A stretch of 63,633 bases of DNA, counting the filler, from Squatina squatina (taxonomy: Eukaryota), in NCBI GenBank assembly GCA_031763465.1. It is 3 parts of 3 records of this genome, joined end to end, with 100 filler letters (N's around TTAATTAATTAA, not from the genome) between each part and the next. Parts side by side here need not be neighbours in the genome. Positions count along the whole stretch, not along the records: positions 1 to 31,702 come from JARFOE010000189.1; 2 more parts are not named here. One strand, given 5' to 3'. The notes below the pieces were generated by a model. It was given only the letters and a program-made list of their open reading frames with translations. It did not search any database and was not told where the DNA came from. The stretch's first letter is position 1. Each line of letters begins with the position of its first letter. The translations under genes were made by a program, and so were the position numbers. This document shows, in pieces, positions 1-11,620 of the stretch.

Positions 1-222
1 ATGATGTGGGACTGAACTTAAATGTAGGCCAGGCTGGGTAAAGATGGCTGATTTCCTTCCTTAAAAGGAACAGCAGTGAATTAGTTGGGCTTTTATGACC
101 ATCTGACTGGTTCATGGTCAGCTTTACTGTTGCCAGCTTTTTACTTCCAGATTTTTTTTTAAACTTGGAATTCAAATTCTCAAACTGCCACAGTGGTATT
201 TTTGAACTCAAGGTCTCTGAAT
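1..222 (-). mobile_element. tRNA-derived SINE fragment (same family as 17120-17535 and 28925-29265)
   Basis: Shares gtaggccag..gggtaa..gg..g.tttccttcc.taaaagga..agtgaa...gg.tttt and ttcatggtca..ttccagattt blocks with the other two copies. Confidence 0.65.
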
Positions 223-2519
223 TATTATGCATTTGGTTCTTGCGCATATCAGCTCCAACTGCTTCCCTAGAACTGACTTGATATTTCTTTTTGGATGGTT
301 GTCAGAAATAGAGCAAACAATGCAATTTGGTTGCTCTATACAACAGCATTGAGCCAGTTTTATGGCACTACAGGAATAGCTTATGCTATATCTTGGGTGG
401 GTGTGTTTGCAATGATATATAGAGTATAAATAGTAGCAATCTATTTTCCCAACAAAGATAATCCTCACCTTGATGAGGTACAAAAATTCACGCCCCAAAC
501 TGTGCATTTTAAATGGCTGCTGTAATGTACATTACAAGTCAGGGGAAAAGAACAATCCCAACTCCTAGGAACCAAGAACAAAGTCAGTTTTCAAATTAAT
601 CCTTAATATCCTAGGTATAGCATTTAATGGACAATCAAAATTCATGAAAAATTGGCATCAAGCCGGGTTGTAACTATTATTTACAAGTTCTATTATGTTG
701 TCACTTTTGGATTGCAACAATAATAACTTGCATTTGCAAAGCGCCTTTAATGTAAAGAATATCCCAAAGCTTGTCACAAACAGGTGTAAGGAATTTATCT
801 CTGAGCCAGGAAGGTTAGGAGGGACAGGTTGAAGAGATGGATTTTTACTAGGTTGTTACAAGAATAGAGAGGNNNNNNNNNNNNNNNNNNNNNNNNNNNN
901 NNNNNNNNNNNNNNNNNNNNNNNNNNNNNNNNNNNNNNNNNNNNNNNNNNNNNNNNNNNNNNNNNNNNNNNNCATACTTTAATTTTTGTGTAACCGCAAT
1001 TAATGGTAGTAGGTATCTCTGCAGAATGGTACTCCTACATACACAATGAAAGTGACAGGACAGGTGCTTTCACCTGAGATTTCCCAATTTGTGAGCAGTA
1101 ACATTAGTGGGGATGTTGAGCACGGCCACGCAATTGCCCATGGGATAGAATGAAGGAAAAGCGACAGATAGGCAAAAGCATCGAGATACATTTTTTTCTG
1201 GGAAATCAATCTAGTATTCATAGATGGCAAAAAAAATTTAAATTCAGGTAGTTTGTTATATTTCTGTATAGGAATTCCTAAACTTCTTAAATGATGGAGA
1301 AAACTTTGCTGAAAATGTGTAATCCTGAACCATTTTTGTGCGCTTCCTTAAACCTAGCAAGGGAAGGACATCAACAGAAACTTGGAAGCAGTTTCCCTCC
1401 AGCTTCTCTCAATCAAGATACAGTGAGAAAAGATTTACTGTGTCCAGTGGGCAACAAAATCATTAATTCTTTATAATCAATTATGTCACACACACTTTTC
1501 ACAGAAAATTGCCCCCACAGCGGTGGCATGAGGTTGGAGGATGCTGGGAAGTATAATTTTTTTTTAATCTTTTTACAGAAATTACAGATGTACTCAAAGA
1601 AAGATGAAGCTCAAGAATAGCGTGTCTCATGATGCTCCACTTTTGCAATGTGCTCCCCTCTGTGGTTTCCCACGAACACAGAAGTCAAGATTCTGATGTC
1701 AGAAGCTAAACATATTAAATTAGCTCAGCAAGTCCAAATTTGTGACTGAAACCTATTCAATACGCACACAATAATTAAGCAGTTATCAAAAAACGTTTAA
1801 CATCTGGTTTCCCAGGAACACGATTGGCATTTAAAAATTCCTGCAGATACTGTACGGCTGAAGTTAAATAAATCTTTCCTATTCACAGCTTGTGATCATT
1901 TAGAAGGAATTTTCCAAAGCAACTTTAAAACCACAGAGGCTAATATTAGAGTTCAAATGAACNNNNNNNNNNNNNNNNNNNNNNNNNNNNNNNNNNNNNN
2001 NNNNNNNNNNNNNNNNNNNNNNNNNNNNNNNNNNNNNNNNNNNNNNNNNNNNNNNNNNNNNNAGAGGCCCAAAGGATCAGACATATTTTTAGTGCACTAA
2101 TCTTTCCTCCAGGCTACCAGGTACACTGAAATATTAGACCCATGTGCCACCTTATTGTACAATCAGTAAAGTAGTCTTGAAATGCTCAAAGTTGAAGAAG
2201 CACATGCACAGTGACAAACATGTACACAACTTGCACGCCAATCTTGGTGTCAGTAAGTGACAATATATCATGCAGCTCAGGGTTTTACAACGACCTGAGG
2301 TGTTCTACCCTTGGAAGCTGCAGGTGTGGCAAGGCTTTCAATTGTACTTTACATCTTGAAGGTGTGCCCTACTGAAGTATGCATATGCATTAGATGCAAT
2401 AAAATAGCTGCAAGTTTGTGTGAGGGCCCAAGAGCAAGCAATAAATATGGAACAGGCAATATTTTGTGCCATGCAATTTTGGGCCATCTACCCGATACAT
2501 GGTACTGTCGGGTAGTCTT

Positions 2520-2770
2520 ACCTTTGCCATATTTCTTTAAGTGTGCCATCTTCTTGCGCATCTGTTCCCATGTTTTGCAGACAGTGTATGCAGCGTTGAG
2601 CCTGGTCACCAGCTGCTGCCAAAAATGGTACACCACTGTCCTCTGGGGAAGTTGCCCTGAAGTGTCAAAAAGGGGAACCATATCACACATCCATTTTGCC
2701 AGCATTAAACAGTGGGTTTGGGTGTTGTATCACTTCGTTATTTGCCCACAGAATCTGTTTTGTGCCATCA
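2520..2770 (-). mobile_element. Degenerate Myb/SANT-like DNA-binding domain, probably a Harbinger/PIF transposon remnant
   Basis: Translation PLFDTSG..VVYHFWQQLVTRLNAAYTVCKTWEQMRKKMAHLKK fits the LF..W......NA.....TWEQ.RKK..L pattern of NAIF1/MSANTD-type domains; there is an in-frame TGA just upstream of the ORF. Confidence 0.55.
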
Positions 2771-4329
2771 TACTGGCATTTCCTTGCACTTAACTTTTGA
2801 ATCGCATCTCTCTTCTCTTGCTCCTCTCCTCGCCCCCCCCCACTCGCCCCCACCCGGGTAAAAATTTAACATTTATTCTTAAACTGTATAAAGCCTGACA
2901 TAATATTGGTCTCCATAAGTAATATCGCNNNNNNNNNNNNNNNNNNNNNNNNNNNNNNNNNNNNNNNNNNNNNNNNNNNNNNNNNNNNNNNNNNNNNNNN
3001 NNNNNNNNNNNNNNNNNNNNNNNNNNNNTTCCTGCTTTGCCGTCTGTGACGATACATCAATCTGATTGATTGAACAGCTTCCCTGCTTGTTGTCCTGCTC
3101 ACAGACACCACAGATCCCCTGTAGAGGGCGCTGAATTCAAACAAACAGACTGTGGAAGACTGGAAATCTACGCTGACAAGCTGGGCAGCTGTAAGCGAGG
3201 TGAACAGCGAAAGCCGTTCTTTCGCCACTCACAGCAAAATCCGAGCTAATATTTCTTTTGCAGCAGCATGACTATTTTTTCTCCTAAGCAATAATTTTAC
3301 TTCTAAACTCAACAAACCAAACTTCAAATTATGTAGTAGCTACAAATAGGACTGTAAAAATAAAATCAACACTAGATGCTCAGGTTTTACAATTAGTCAA
3401 TGTGTGGTACAAGACTTTTGAAATGCTCCCTAAAATGGATACTGAAAGTATTTCAATTATTGGCCAGGGAAGCCGCACTGTTCTAATACCTGTGGGTTTT
3501 CCCTGGCTAAGCCTGCATTTTTCCATGATGAAGATTTTCCACACTCAAAAAGAATCAACACATGCATTAAGTCTCAAACATGTGTTTTCACATTTTTCTA
3601 GTTTTTTTTTTTAAAAAGATTAAGATTCCAAAAATATCCGCCTCCCATTGCTACACTGTCTCCGACGCCTAGGAGCTACGAAGAATAGCCCAGAATGATC
3701 CCGTCCTGCCCCTGGTTTTCCGCCCCTCACTGTGAATACTATTCACAAATTTGCAACTAATAGTGTACAACAGTTCCATGAAAGCCATTATTAATAGGTA
3801 TTTTCCCTCAGAAACAAATGGTAGGAGGTGGACAGTACATACACAATAGTCGCTGCATACATGCACTAACGCTTTGCTCATTAGGTGTTACTTTTAAGGC
3901 TGGGGAGCACCTTCTCAGTTTCACCTTAAACACTTTTTTCATATTGTTGAAAAAAAAGTCACATATATAATTCATAAGACTGGTGCAAAAGTTGTTTATA
4001 ACCAAAGATTTTCAGATAAGGGCATGGCTTTGCCATTTATCAGGAGTAGGAACTCAACTGGAGTTGATCACTATGTAAAATGCATCCTGTAAATCAAGTC
4101 TTGTGCCATTTACTGTACAAAATCCAATTCAAACCTTTGCATCAATACTACAGAAGAGAGGCAAAGAGGCAGCTTGGATAGAAATCAGCTAGTAGGAGTA
4201 AATAGATGGCTCGCTGATTGGTGAGATGTNNNNNNNNNNNNNNNNNNNNNNNNNNNNNNNNNNNNNNNNNNNNNNNNNNNNNNNNNNNNNNNNNNNNNNN
4301 NNNNNNNNNNNNNNNNNNNNNNNNNNNNN

Positions 4330-4845
4330 GATATACTTGCCATAGAGGGAGTGCAGCAAAGGTTCACCAGACTGATTCCTGGGATGGCAGGATTGTCGTA
4401 TGAGGATAGATTGGGTCGACTAGGCCTGTATTCACTCGAGTTTAGAAGAATGAGAGGGGATCTCATTGAAACGTATAACATTCTGACAGGGCTCAACAGA
4501 CTAGATGCAGGGAGGATGTTTCCCCTGGCTGGGGTGTCTAGAACCAGAGGTCACAGTCTCAGTATACAGGGTAGGCTATTTAGGACTGAGATTTGGAGAA
4601 ATTTCTTCACTCAGAGAGTGGTGAACCTGTGGAATTCGCTACCGCAGAAGTCGGTGGAGGCCAAGACATTGAATATATTCAAGAAGGAGATAGACTTCTA
4701 AATACTAAAGGCATCAAGGGATATGGGGAGAATGCGGGAATATGGCGTTGAGACAGAGGATCAACCATGATCATATTGAATGGCGGAGCAGGCTCAAAGG
4801 GCCGAATGGCCTACTCTTGCTCCTATTTTCTATGCTTCTATGTAA
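4330..4845 (+). mobile_element. CR1 LINE 3' end (ORF2 C-terminus, 3' UTR and short repeat tail)
   Basis: QQRFTRLIPGMAGLSYEDRLGRLGLYSLEFRRMRGDLIETY...NFFTQRVVNLWNSLP is typical CR1 ORF2; ends in a ttctatg repeat tail. Confidence 0.9.
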
Positions 4846-5289
4846 AAAGTACTTGAGAAACTAAAAGCTGACAAATCCCCTGGACCGGACAGCCTACATT
4901 TCTGAAAGAGGTGACTGCAGAGATAGCGGGTGCATTGGTTTTGAACTTCCTGTGTGAGCAAGCCGAAAAGCACATAATTTGAACTTGATTAAAATTTCTA
5001 TTCACTTAATGCAAATATTACTTAAATGGAATTAACTAGTTCCAATGGTCTATAATTGAAATTGACAGCAGGCTGTGTAACCTGTATTTCTATACCATGA
5101 ACAAGGACAACAAACAAAATAATCTAAGCAGATAGGGGTCCAAATAGAGGGGTCACAGACATAGTGTGTACAACTTGCATTCTCTCAATATTGAGAGTTA
5201 TCATCCCTTTAGCTCTTACCCAATTCACCAGCATTGCATGTTACCTTCTGCCAAGTGCACCAATAATAAAAACAAAATTAGCTGTTTGA

Positions 5290-5615
5290 AACATGAAGGC
5301 ATTAGGCAAATCGCCAAGGCTTCTTCAATACCACCTCCCAAACCCACGACCTCTACCACCTAGAAGGACAAGGGCAGCAGCCGCATGGGAACACCATCAC
5401 CTGCAAGCTCCCCTCCAAGTCACACACCGTCCTGAAATATATCACCATTCCTTCATCATTGCTGGTTCAAAATCCTGGATCTCTCTCCCAAACAGTACTG
5501 TGGGAGCACCTTCACTGCAGCAGTTTAAGAAGGCAGCTCACCACCACCTACTCAAGGGCAATTAGGGATGGGCAATAAATTTTGGTCTTGCTAGCAACAC
5601 CCACATCCCATGAAT
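5290..5615 (+). mobile_element. LINE 3' end (second family, CR1/L2 clade)
   Basis: ORF2-like tail FIIAGSKSWISLPNSTVG..LQQFKKAAHHHLLKGN*, then agggatgggcaataaa. Confidence 0.75.
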
Positions 5616-5719
5616 GTATAAAAAAACAGGAAGCATAATGTATTAGCAGTTTCCATTTTCAACAGGACTAGAATTTTAGTTGGCAAGTCTGAAATAAAAG
5701 GACAGCACACCAAAGCCCC

Positions 5720-5779
5720 AAATTTGGTATTCTGCCCAGAAATTTGGTATTCCGCCCAGAAATTTGGTATTCCTGCCAA
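5720..5779. repeat. 20-bp tandem repeat, 3 copies
   Basis: aaatttggtattc(t/c)gcccag repeated three times, third copy imperfect. Confidence 0.9.
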
Positions 5780-7624
5780 ACAATAAAGAGTTGAACAAAA
5801 TCTACAAATTAGCTGTTAAAGCAAAGATTAAAAGATTTTTTTTTTGCCTATTGAACACTGAAGCAAAGCTAATTGCAGGCAAATGGTAATATTTGACTTG
5901 GACGTTTCAGTGCAGTTCGCAGGAATGTTATGGTGAGATAAAGGGTGATCTAATAATTACACTGGATTAGCATCTTGCAGCAAAAAAATTAAAGTCCAAA
6001 CAGAACTTAATGCAAATGACATGTTTAGCAATGCAAGAAAATGCATCAAAAACTATTTCAACTTATTCTGAGGACAATTCAAACATGGCCAAACTAATTA
6101 TAAACATACATAATTAGTACACTGTTTTTATTATTGGTGCACTTGGCAGAAGGTAACATGCAATGCTGGTGAATTGGGTAAGAGCTAAAGTGATGATAAC
6201 TCTCAATATTGAGAGAATGTAAGTTGTACACACTATGTCTGTGACCCCTCTAGTTGGACCCCTATCTGCTTNNNNNNNNNNNNNNNNNNNNNNNNNNNNN
6301 NNNNNNNNNNNNNNNNNNNNNNNNNNNNNNNNNNNNNNNNNNNNNNNNNNNNNNNNNNNNNNNNNNNNNNNCAATAAATGTTCACTGTACATCTGGCACT
6401 CAGGAATAACACACACTAATATCTGTGAGTATGTGCATACTTGGCTGTGCTTTTAGCCTACTAATCATAATTCCACTTTATAAACAAATCCTCACAGAAA
6501 GCTTTAATGCCACAATGAGCTAATACAAGTGAAAGCTCCTAACCAGAGAGAGAATTTTCTTGTTAAATGCCCAGTTTCACCATGGCTGCAACTGCTGCCA
6601 CTCAACAGAACAAAATGTGCTCGCAACAGACACCACTGTAAAATGTTAAAACAAAATAACACTTCCAAATTATCCGCTCACACTAAATTTTACAAAATTA
6701 CATACACTTCTTTGCATTGTTGCATTTCAATCTTTGTGAAGAGCTCTTTTTAAAGCAGTTGTTTTATTCAGCATGCAAAGTCTCGAGGCATGGATAAATT
6801 TTCTAACATATCCTTTTTAAATAGGGGAAAGAGGAGAACAGGATTGATGACAACTTTTCTAGGTATTTTCCTACAAAGTAAGTGATTCAAAATACTCACT
6901 TTGTATTAAAAAAAGACGGCAATGGTCAATGCATCCTGTAGATCTGTATTCAGAGTAATACAATTGTAATTTTAGATGCATGCATTATGGAAGAAGTTTA
7001 CCACATTGCAACCATCTAACAGGCCTCCACAAAAACCAACCCCATTGATTTATAATGTGCACACAGTTCCAGAAAACTCCAAAAAGAATCCAATGGCATT
7101 TTTCAAATTGATTTCTTCAAAAATGTTAGTACAGTACACAAATTCATATCTTCTCACACTATGGCCCTGAATTTCCTCGTAGTCAGATACGCTGTAGTTG
7201 CGCCATTATTGTGCCAGAAAGTTACACCATTCACCAGCAGACGGAATTGCACATAAATTTCCTAAGTTAATTAATTTTCAAGCAACTCTGGTGTAACATG
7301 AGTGTTAAAAACTACGTTGCTAGCCCTGCCCCCGTAAACTTTTATGCAATGGTGACTCTTTAAAAGCACTCTAAAAATTCCCGGCAGCATCAGAACATTG
7401 TTTGACAGCAAGGTAAGCAGCAGACAAATACTGTTGCTGGCAATTTCCACCATCACTTGAGAACAACTCTCATCCACAGTATCAGTCCAAATTGGCACCA
7501 TGCCCACTTAGGTGCCAACTGTGCCNNNNNNNNNNNNNNNNNNNNNNNNNNNNNNNNNNNNNNNNNNNNNNNNNNNNNNNNNNNNNNNNNNNNNNNNNNN
7601 NNNNNNNNNNNNNNNNNNNNNNNN

Positions 7625-8891
7625 NGCCTTCGTAGACGGGGATCCTGGTGTATCCGCTCTCCATGATTTCGGACATGGTGTTGAAATCCAAGATCGCGTC
7701 GCAGGTGATCATAAAGCAATCCCGGAGCGGGGTCATCACGTCCTCCACCGTCTTGGTCCGGAGCTCCAGGGCGCCCTGGATGATGTTGAGCTCTTCCTTC
7801 ACCAGGTCGTTGTACGGGTCGGTGACCCGCAGCATCTCCAGCAGCTTCTCGCGGTTGTAGACGGTGCCAATCTCCTGGCCCAGGATGACGTCCAGCAGCC
7901 GGCTGACCGGGTAAGAGGCCGGGAAGGTGAGCAGCATGAAGAACTTGGTCAGCACGATGGTGTTGGCGCCCACCGCCAGCCCGTGGCGGGAGCAGATGGC
8001 CTGCGGCACGATCTCGCCGAAGATGACGATGCCGACGGTGGAGATGGCCACGGCCACCACCCCGGAGCCGGCGATGTCGTCCAGCAGGATGGTCAGGGTG
8101 GTGTTGACCAGCACGTTGCCCAGCAGCAGCGAGCACAGCAGGTAGTTGCCCTGCCGGCGCACCGGCTCGATGCGCTTGGCGTAGTTCTTCTCCTTCTCGG
8201 TGCCGCAGTTTTGCACGATCCGCAGCTCCATGGGGTCGAGCGCCATCAGCCCCAGGTTCAAGCCGCCGAACATGCCCGACAGGCACAGCAGCACCGAGAT
8301 GAAGATCACCTGCAGCCAGAAGGGCAGCAGGAACTTGCGCTCCTCCACCACCACCACCATGGTGTCCTCGGTGTCGTGGTACAGCCAGTCGGCCTGGCCG
8401 CCGGCTCCCGGCTCCGGCGCCCGGCCGGCCGTGCACAGGTAGTAGGCTTTGGTCTTCTCCGTCTTGCGCAGCGGCTTGACCTCCATCTCGATCACGCCGC
8501 TGCTGCGCCGGCTCACCGCCACGCCGGGCAGCACCACGATGTCCGAGGTGCGCACGCCGCACGGGTCGAAGCTGCCGCCGCCGTCGACCGCCGCCGCCGC
8601 GCGCCGGTGCTCGGTGAAGCCGATGCGGCTCCAGGTGGCGTTGTCGATGGCGCGGCCGTACAGCCGCAGCCGGACCCGCGTCCGCTCGCTCACCCGCACC
8701 ACGCCTCCCCCCAGGCCCGTCACGTCATCTGTGTCCTCCAGCCTCAGGCCGATGATGACCGTGTCCGTGTCGTCGCCGCCGTCCTCCTCGGCGGCCGCCG
8801 CCGCCGCCGCGCACAGGGACAGAAGGCTCCAGAAGCAGCAGCAGGCGGACAGGGTGAGAAAGCCGATACGGCCGCTACTGCAGGCCGCCAT
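7625..8891 (-). CDS. CNNM2: Metal transporter CNNM2, coding exon 1 (signal peptide, extracellular domain, DUF21 TM domain, start of CBS pair); 3' end lost in gap
   Basis: [84 protein letters not shown] match recalled CNNM2; in-frame stop upstream of the ATG; synteny with WBP1L/SFXN2/ARL3/TRIM8. Confidence 0.96.
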
Positions 8892-9560
8892 CTTTGTAAT
8901 GGAAATGGAGGCAGTATCCCCTCAGGGAAAAAAATGTATAATTATGGAGGGGGGGTTTTCAAAAAAAAAAAGGGTCACATCCGACAATAAGTGCCTTTCA
9001 TTCCTCTCCCTTCGTTTTCTCTCTCTTTTTTCACAGACATAATAGACTTTTTTTGACAATGTATTTTCCCAATCGGTCACATAACTTCCACCCGCTTTCA
9101 ATCAGCTCGCGCTCTGACTCAAATCCAGCTGAAGCTCCGAGCGCGAGCCCCGTCCAACCGTTCCGCCCCCCCCTTGACGGACAAGGCCGACCAACCAACC
9201 GGAAGAAAGGGGGCGGAGAAGGACTTGAACCAATCGCAACGGTCGAGGTGGGCGGTTCCTGGACAGCGGTCAATCAGCAGCCGCACACGTGGGGTCCCCG
9301 CCCCACAAAGCGGCCGGCGGAGGGGTGGGGGTCTCCCTCCCAACTCTCGCTTCTTGACAGGCCCCTTGCATCCCGATTGGCTTCCGTCAACGGGCGCGTG
9401 AAGCGGCTGCACGGAGGCCGCCAATCGGAGAGCGGGACGCCGGGCCTGCAGCCAATCGGCGCATATTTTCCTTTTCTGGAGCGCAGGCTCGTGCACGTTT
9501 TGTTGCGAGGACCTTGTGTTTGGAGCTTGTGTCAAATAGCGTCAATGTGCACGTGTGTGC
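8885..9560 (-). promoter_or_regulatory. CpG-island promoter and 5' UTR of CNNM2
   Basis: CpG-rich 7625-9560; CCAAT boxes at 9230, 9376 (reverse), 9421, 9452; GGGCGG at 9211 and 9250; CACGTG at 9286 and 9550; YY1-like AAGATGGCGG over the start codon. Confidence 0.75.
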
Positions 9561-9861
9561 GTACCTGTCAAGCCACAGAGAGCAAATGTCACCCTTTCAC
9601 TTCTTTTCCCCCACCCACTGCTTTAAGGCGATACTGTCAGAAAATAAACCACTTGGACGATTTTTCAAAACAGATTTAAAAATTTTTAAGACACAATCAA
9701 GATTTTTTTTAATTGTCATTTATTTTAGATCACGAGAATAAAAAGTTGCAATTAAATGTGTTGCCTAAATAAATTAGTTTTATGGAAGAATGCGTACTTA
9801 ATAGAATAATATTTTTGGAAGCAAAATTATGTTTTGTTGGGAATTTAATGCATCTTTGAAA

Positions 9862-9972
9862 GAAAGATTTGCATTTATCTAGCGCTTTTCACAACCACCA
9901 GACGTCCCGAAATGCTTTACAGTCAATGAAGTGCTTTTGAAGCGTAGTCACACTGTTGTTGGTGTAGGAAAT
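9862..9972 (-). mobile_element. DeuSINE-like SINE 3' fragment
   Basis: Reverse complement of the tail seen at 13985-14090 (ttcctaca..acagtg..actac.cttcaaaag...gaaaagcgct..ataaatgcaa). Confidence 0.7.
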
Positions 9973-11309
9973 GTGAGTGAGAGAATGCTAAGATAAAGTA
10001 ATCAAATCTCAGTCAAGCAGGCTGTGAAGAAAGAGAAAAAAGAACCTTAGGAAGAGGATGAGAGACACACTATATCAGTGTCACTTGGTGCCCCCTGTGG
10101 CCCATGTGACTGATGCAGCTTGGCAATTTTAACCACACTTATTGTTTCCGTACAAGGCAACCCCTCAGGTGTACAGCTTGCAACTGAAAATCATACACCT
10201 AGGAATTGTTTAATGTTCATAGCACCAGTTTAAGGGTCTTAACCTTCACACAGGATAGTAATTGTGATTCTCAAATTGACTTGCAGGAATGGTCACTTTG
10301 CTGTGGAAAAACATGTTATTGGANNNNNNNNNNNNNNNNNNNNNNNNNNNNNNNNNNNNNNNNNNNNNNNNNNNNNNNNNNNNNNNNNNNNNNNNNNNNN
10401 NNNNNNNNNNNNNNNNNNNNNNNAACACGTATCTGAACAATAGAGGGATTAGAAGGCTGGTTGATGGATTTGAAGTTCAAGACAGGATGGGTTTATTAAG
10501 CCTACTGTCTTTTCCCTTTTCCTACAAATATTTTATGCCCCACAGACAGTGCACTGATACAACCAAGCAACTGTTCTCCTGGGTATCTCTTTAATTTATT
10601 TCTATCCTGTTTCATGTTACTATATGAAATTTTTAAAAATCAAAATCAAAATAAAGACCATTTAATCTATCCTAAAATCCATTCCATAGAGATTTTCACA
10701 GATTTTCTTTCCTTCTCTGAAAGCAGTGACTCAGTCTGCGATATGGTTCCCTGAGGAAGGTTTACTTTGCATTGAACCTGTGCTATACCTGACCTGAGAG
10801 TGCCTGAAGCAGAATGCAAGTATTTCCAAACCATCTCTCAATAAGCACACAATGTCCTGACTCCCAAACAGTTTAGCACATGATGGGGCGTGGGAGATCT
10901 CATCAGCATTCGAAGACATTCAGGTTTTGCCTATCATTCTGTGAGAGGCTAGGCCAGTGGCAGGGTGTGTCCAGCATATTGTGTAACTCAGTACCACCAG
11001 CAGTTTATTAACCAAGTGAGCTTTGTTTTCTTTGGTTTTATGCAGAGAGATAAAAAAAGAGTGGCATTAGAAATGTTTTTAAGGATGCGTATCTTCATTC
11101 GATCACTCAATTTAAAACAGTAAAACTGATTGTAAAATGAATGTATTTTATCCAACAGTGAGATGCACAGAAACAGGTAGTAATGTCCTTACAACACAGG
11201 AGGCCGCCTGGTGCATTTGAGATAGAGCACTGCTGGCTCTGCAATGTAAACAAGGCAAATTCAGGAGCACCAGCAGCTTAAACAGACTCATATGTAACAT
11301 AATGAATCA

Positions 11310-11620
11310 TAGAATCACAGACTATTACAGCACAGCAGGAGGTATTCGGCCCATCGAGTCTGTGCCGGCTCTTTTGAAGAGCGATCCAGTTAGCCCCCTT
11401 CCCCTGCTCTTTCCCCATATCCCCGCAATTTTTTCTCCTTCAAGTATCTATCCAATTCCCTTTTGAAGGCTACTATTGAGTCTGCCTCCATCACCCTATC
11501 AGGCAGAGCATCATTCCAGATCATAACCAGTCGCTGCGTAACAAAGTTTCTCCTCATGTCACCTCTGGTTCATTTGCCAATCACCTTAAATCTGTGCCCT
11601 CTGGTTATCGACCCTCAGCC
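11310..11620 (-). mobile_element. CR1 LINE 3' end
   Basis: ttcggcccatcgagtctgtgccggctc...ctatccaattcc.ttttgaagg is the reverse complement of a CR1 3' UTR/ORF2 end. Confidence 0.7.

Larger units (their letters stand above)
5126..6271. repeat. 149-bp inverted repeat, arms 5126-5274 and 6123-6271
   Basis: The reverse complement of the right arm matches the left arm with 3 mismatches by eye; the right arm runs into the gap at 6272. Confidence 0.9.

Noticed and set aside
7453-9042. Long overlapping ORFs (492 aa +, 369 aa -, 197 aa +) over CNNM2 exon 1
   Set aside because: Shadow ORFs expected from very high GC3 content; low-complexity translations with no recognisable domain
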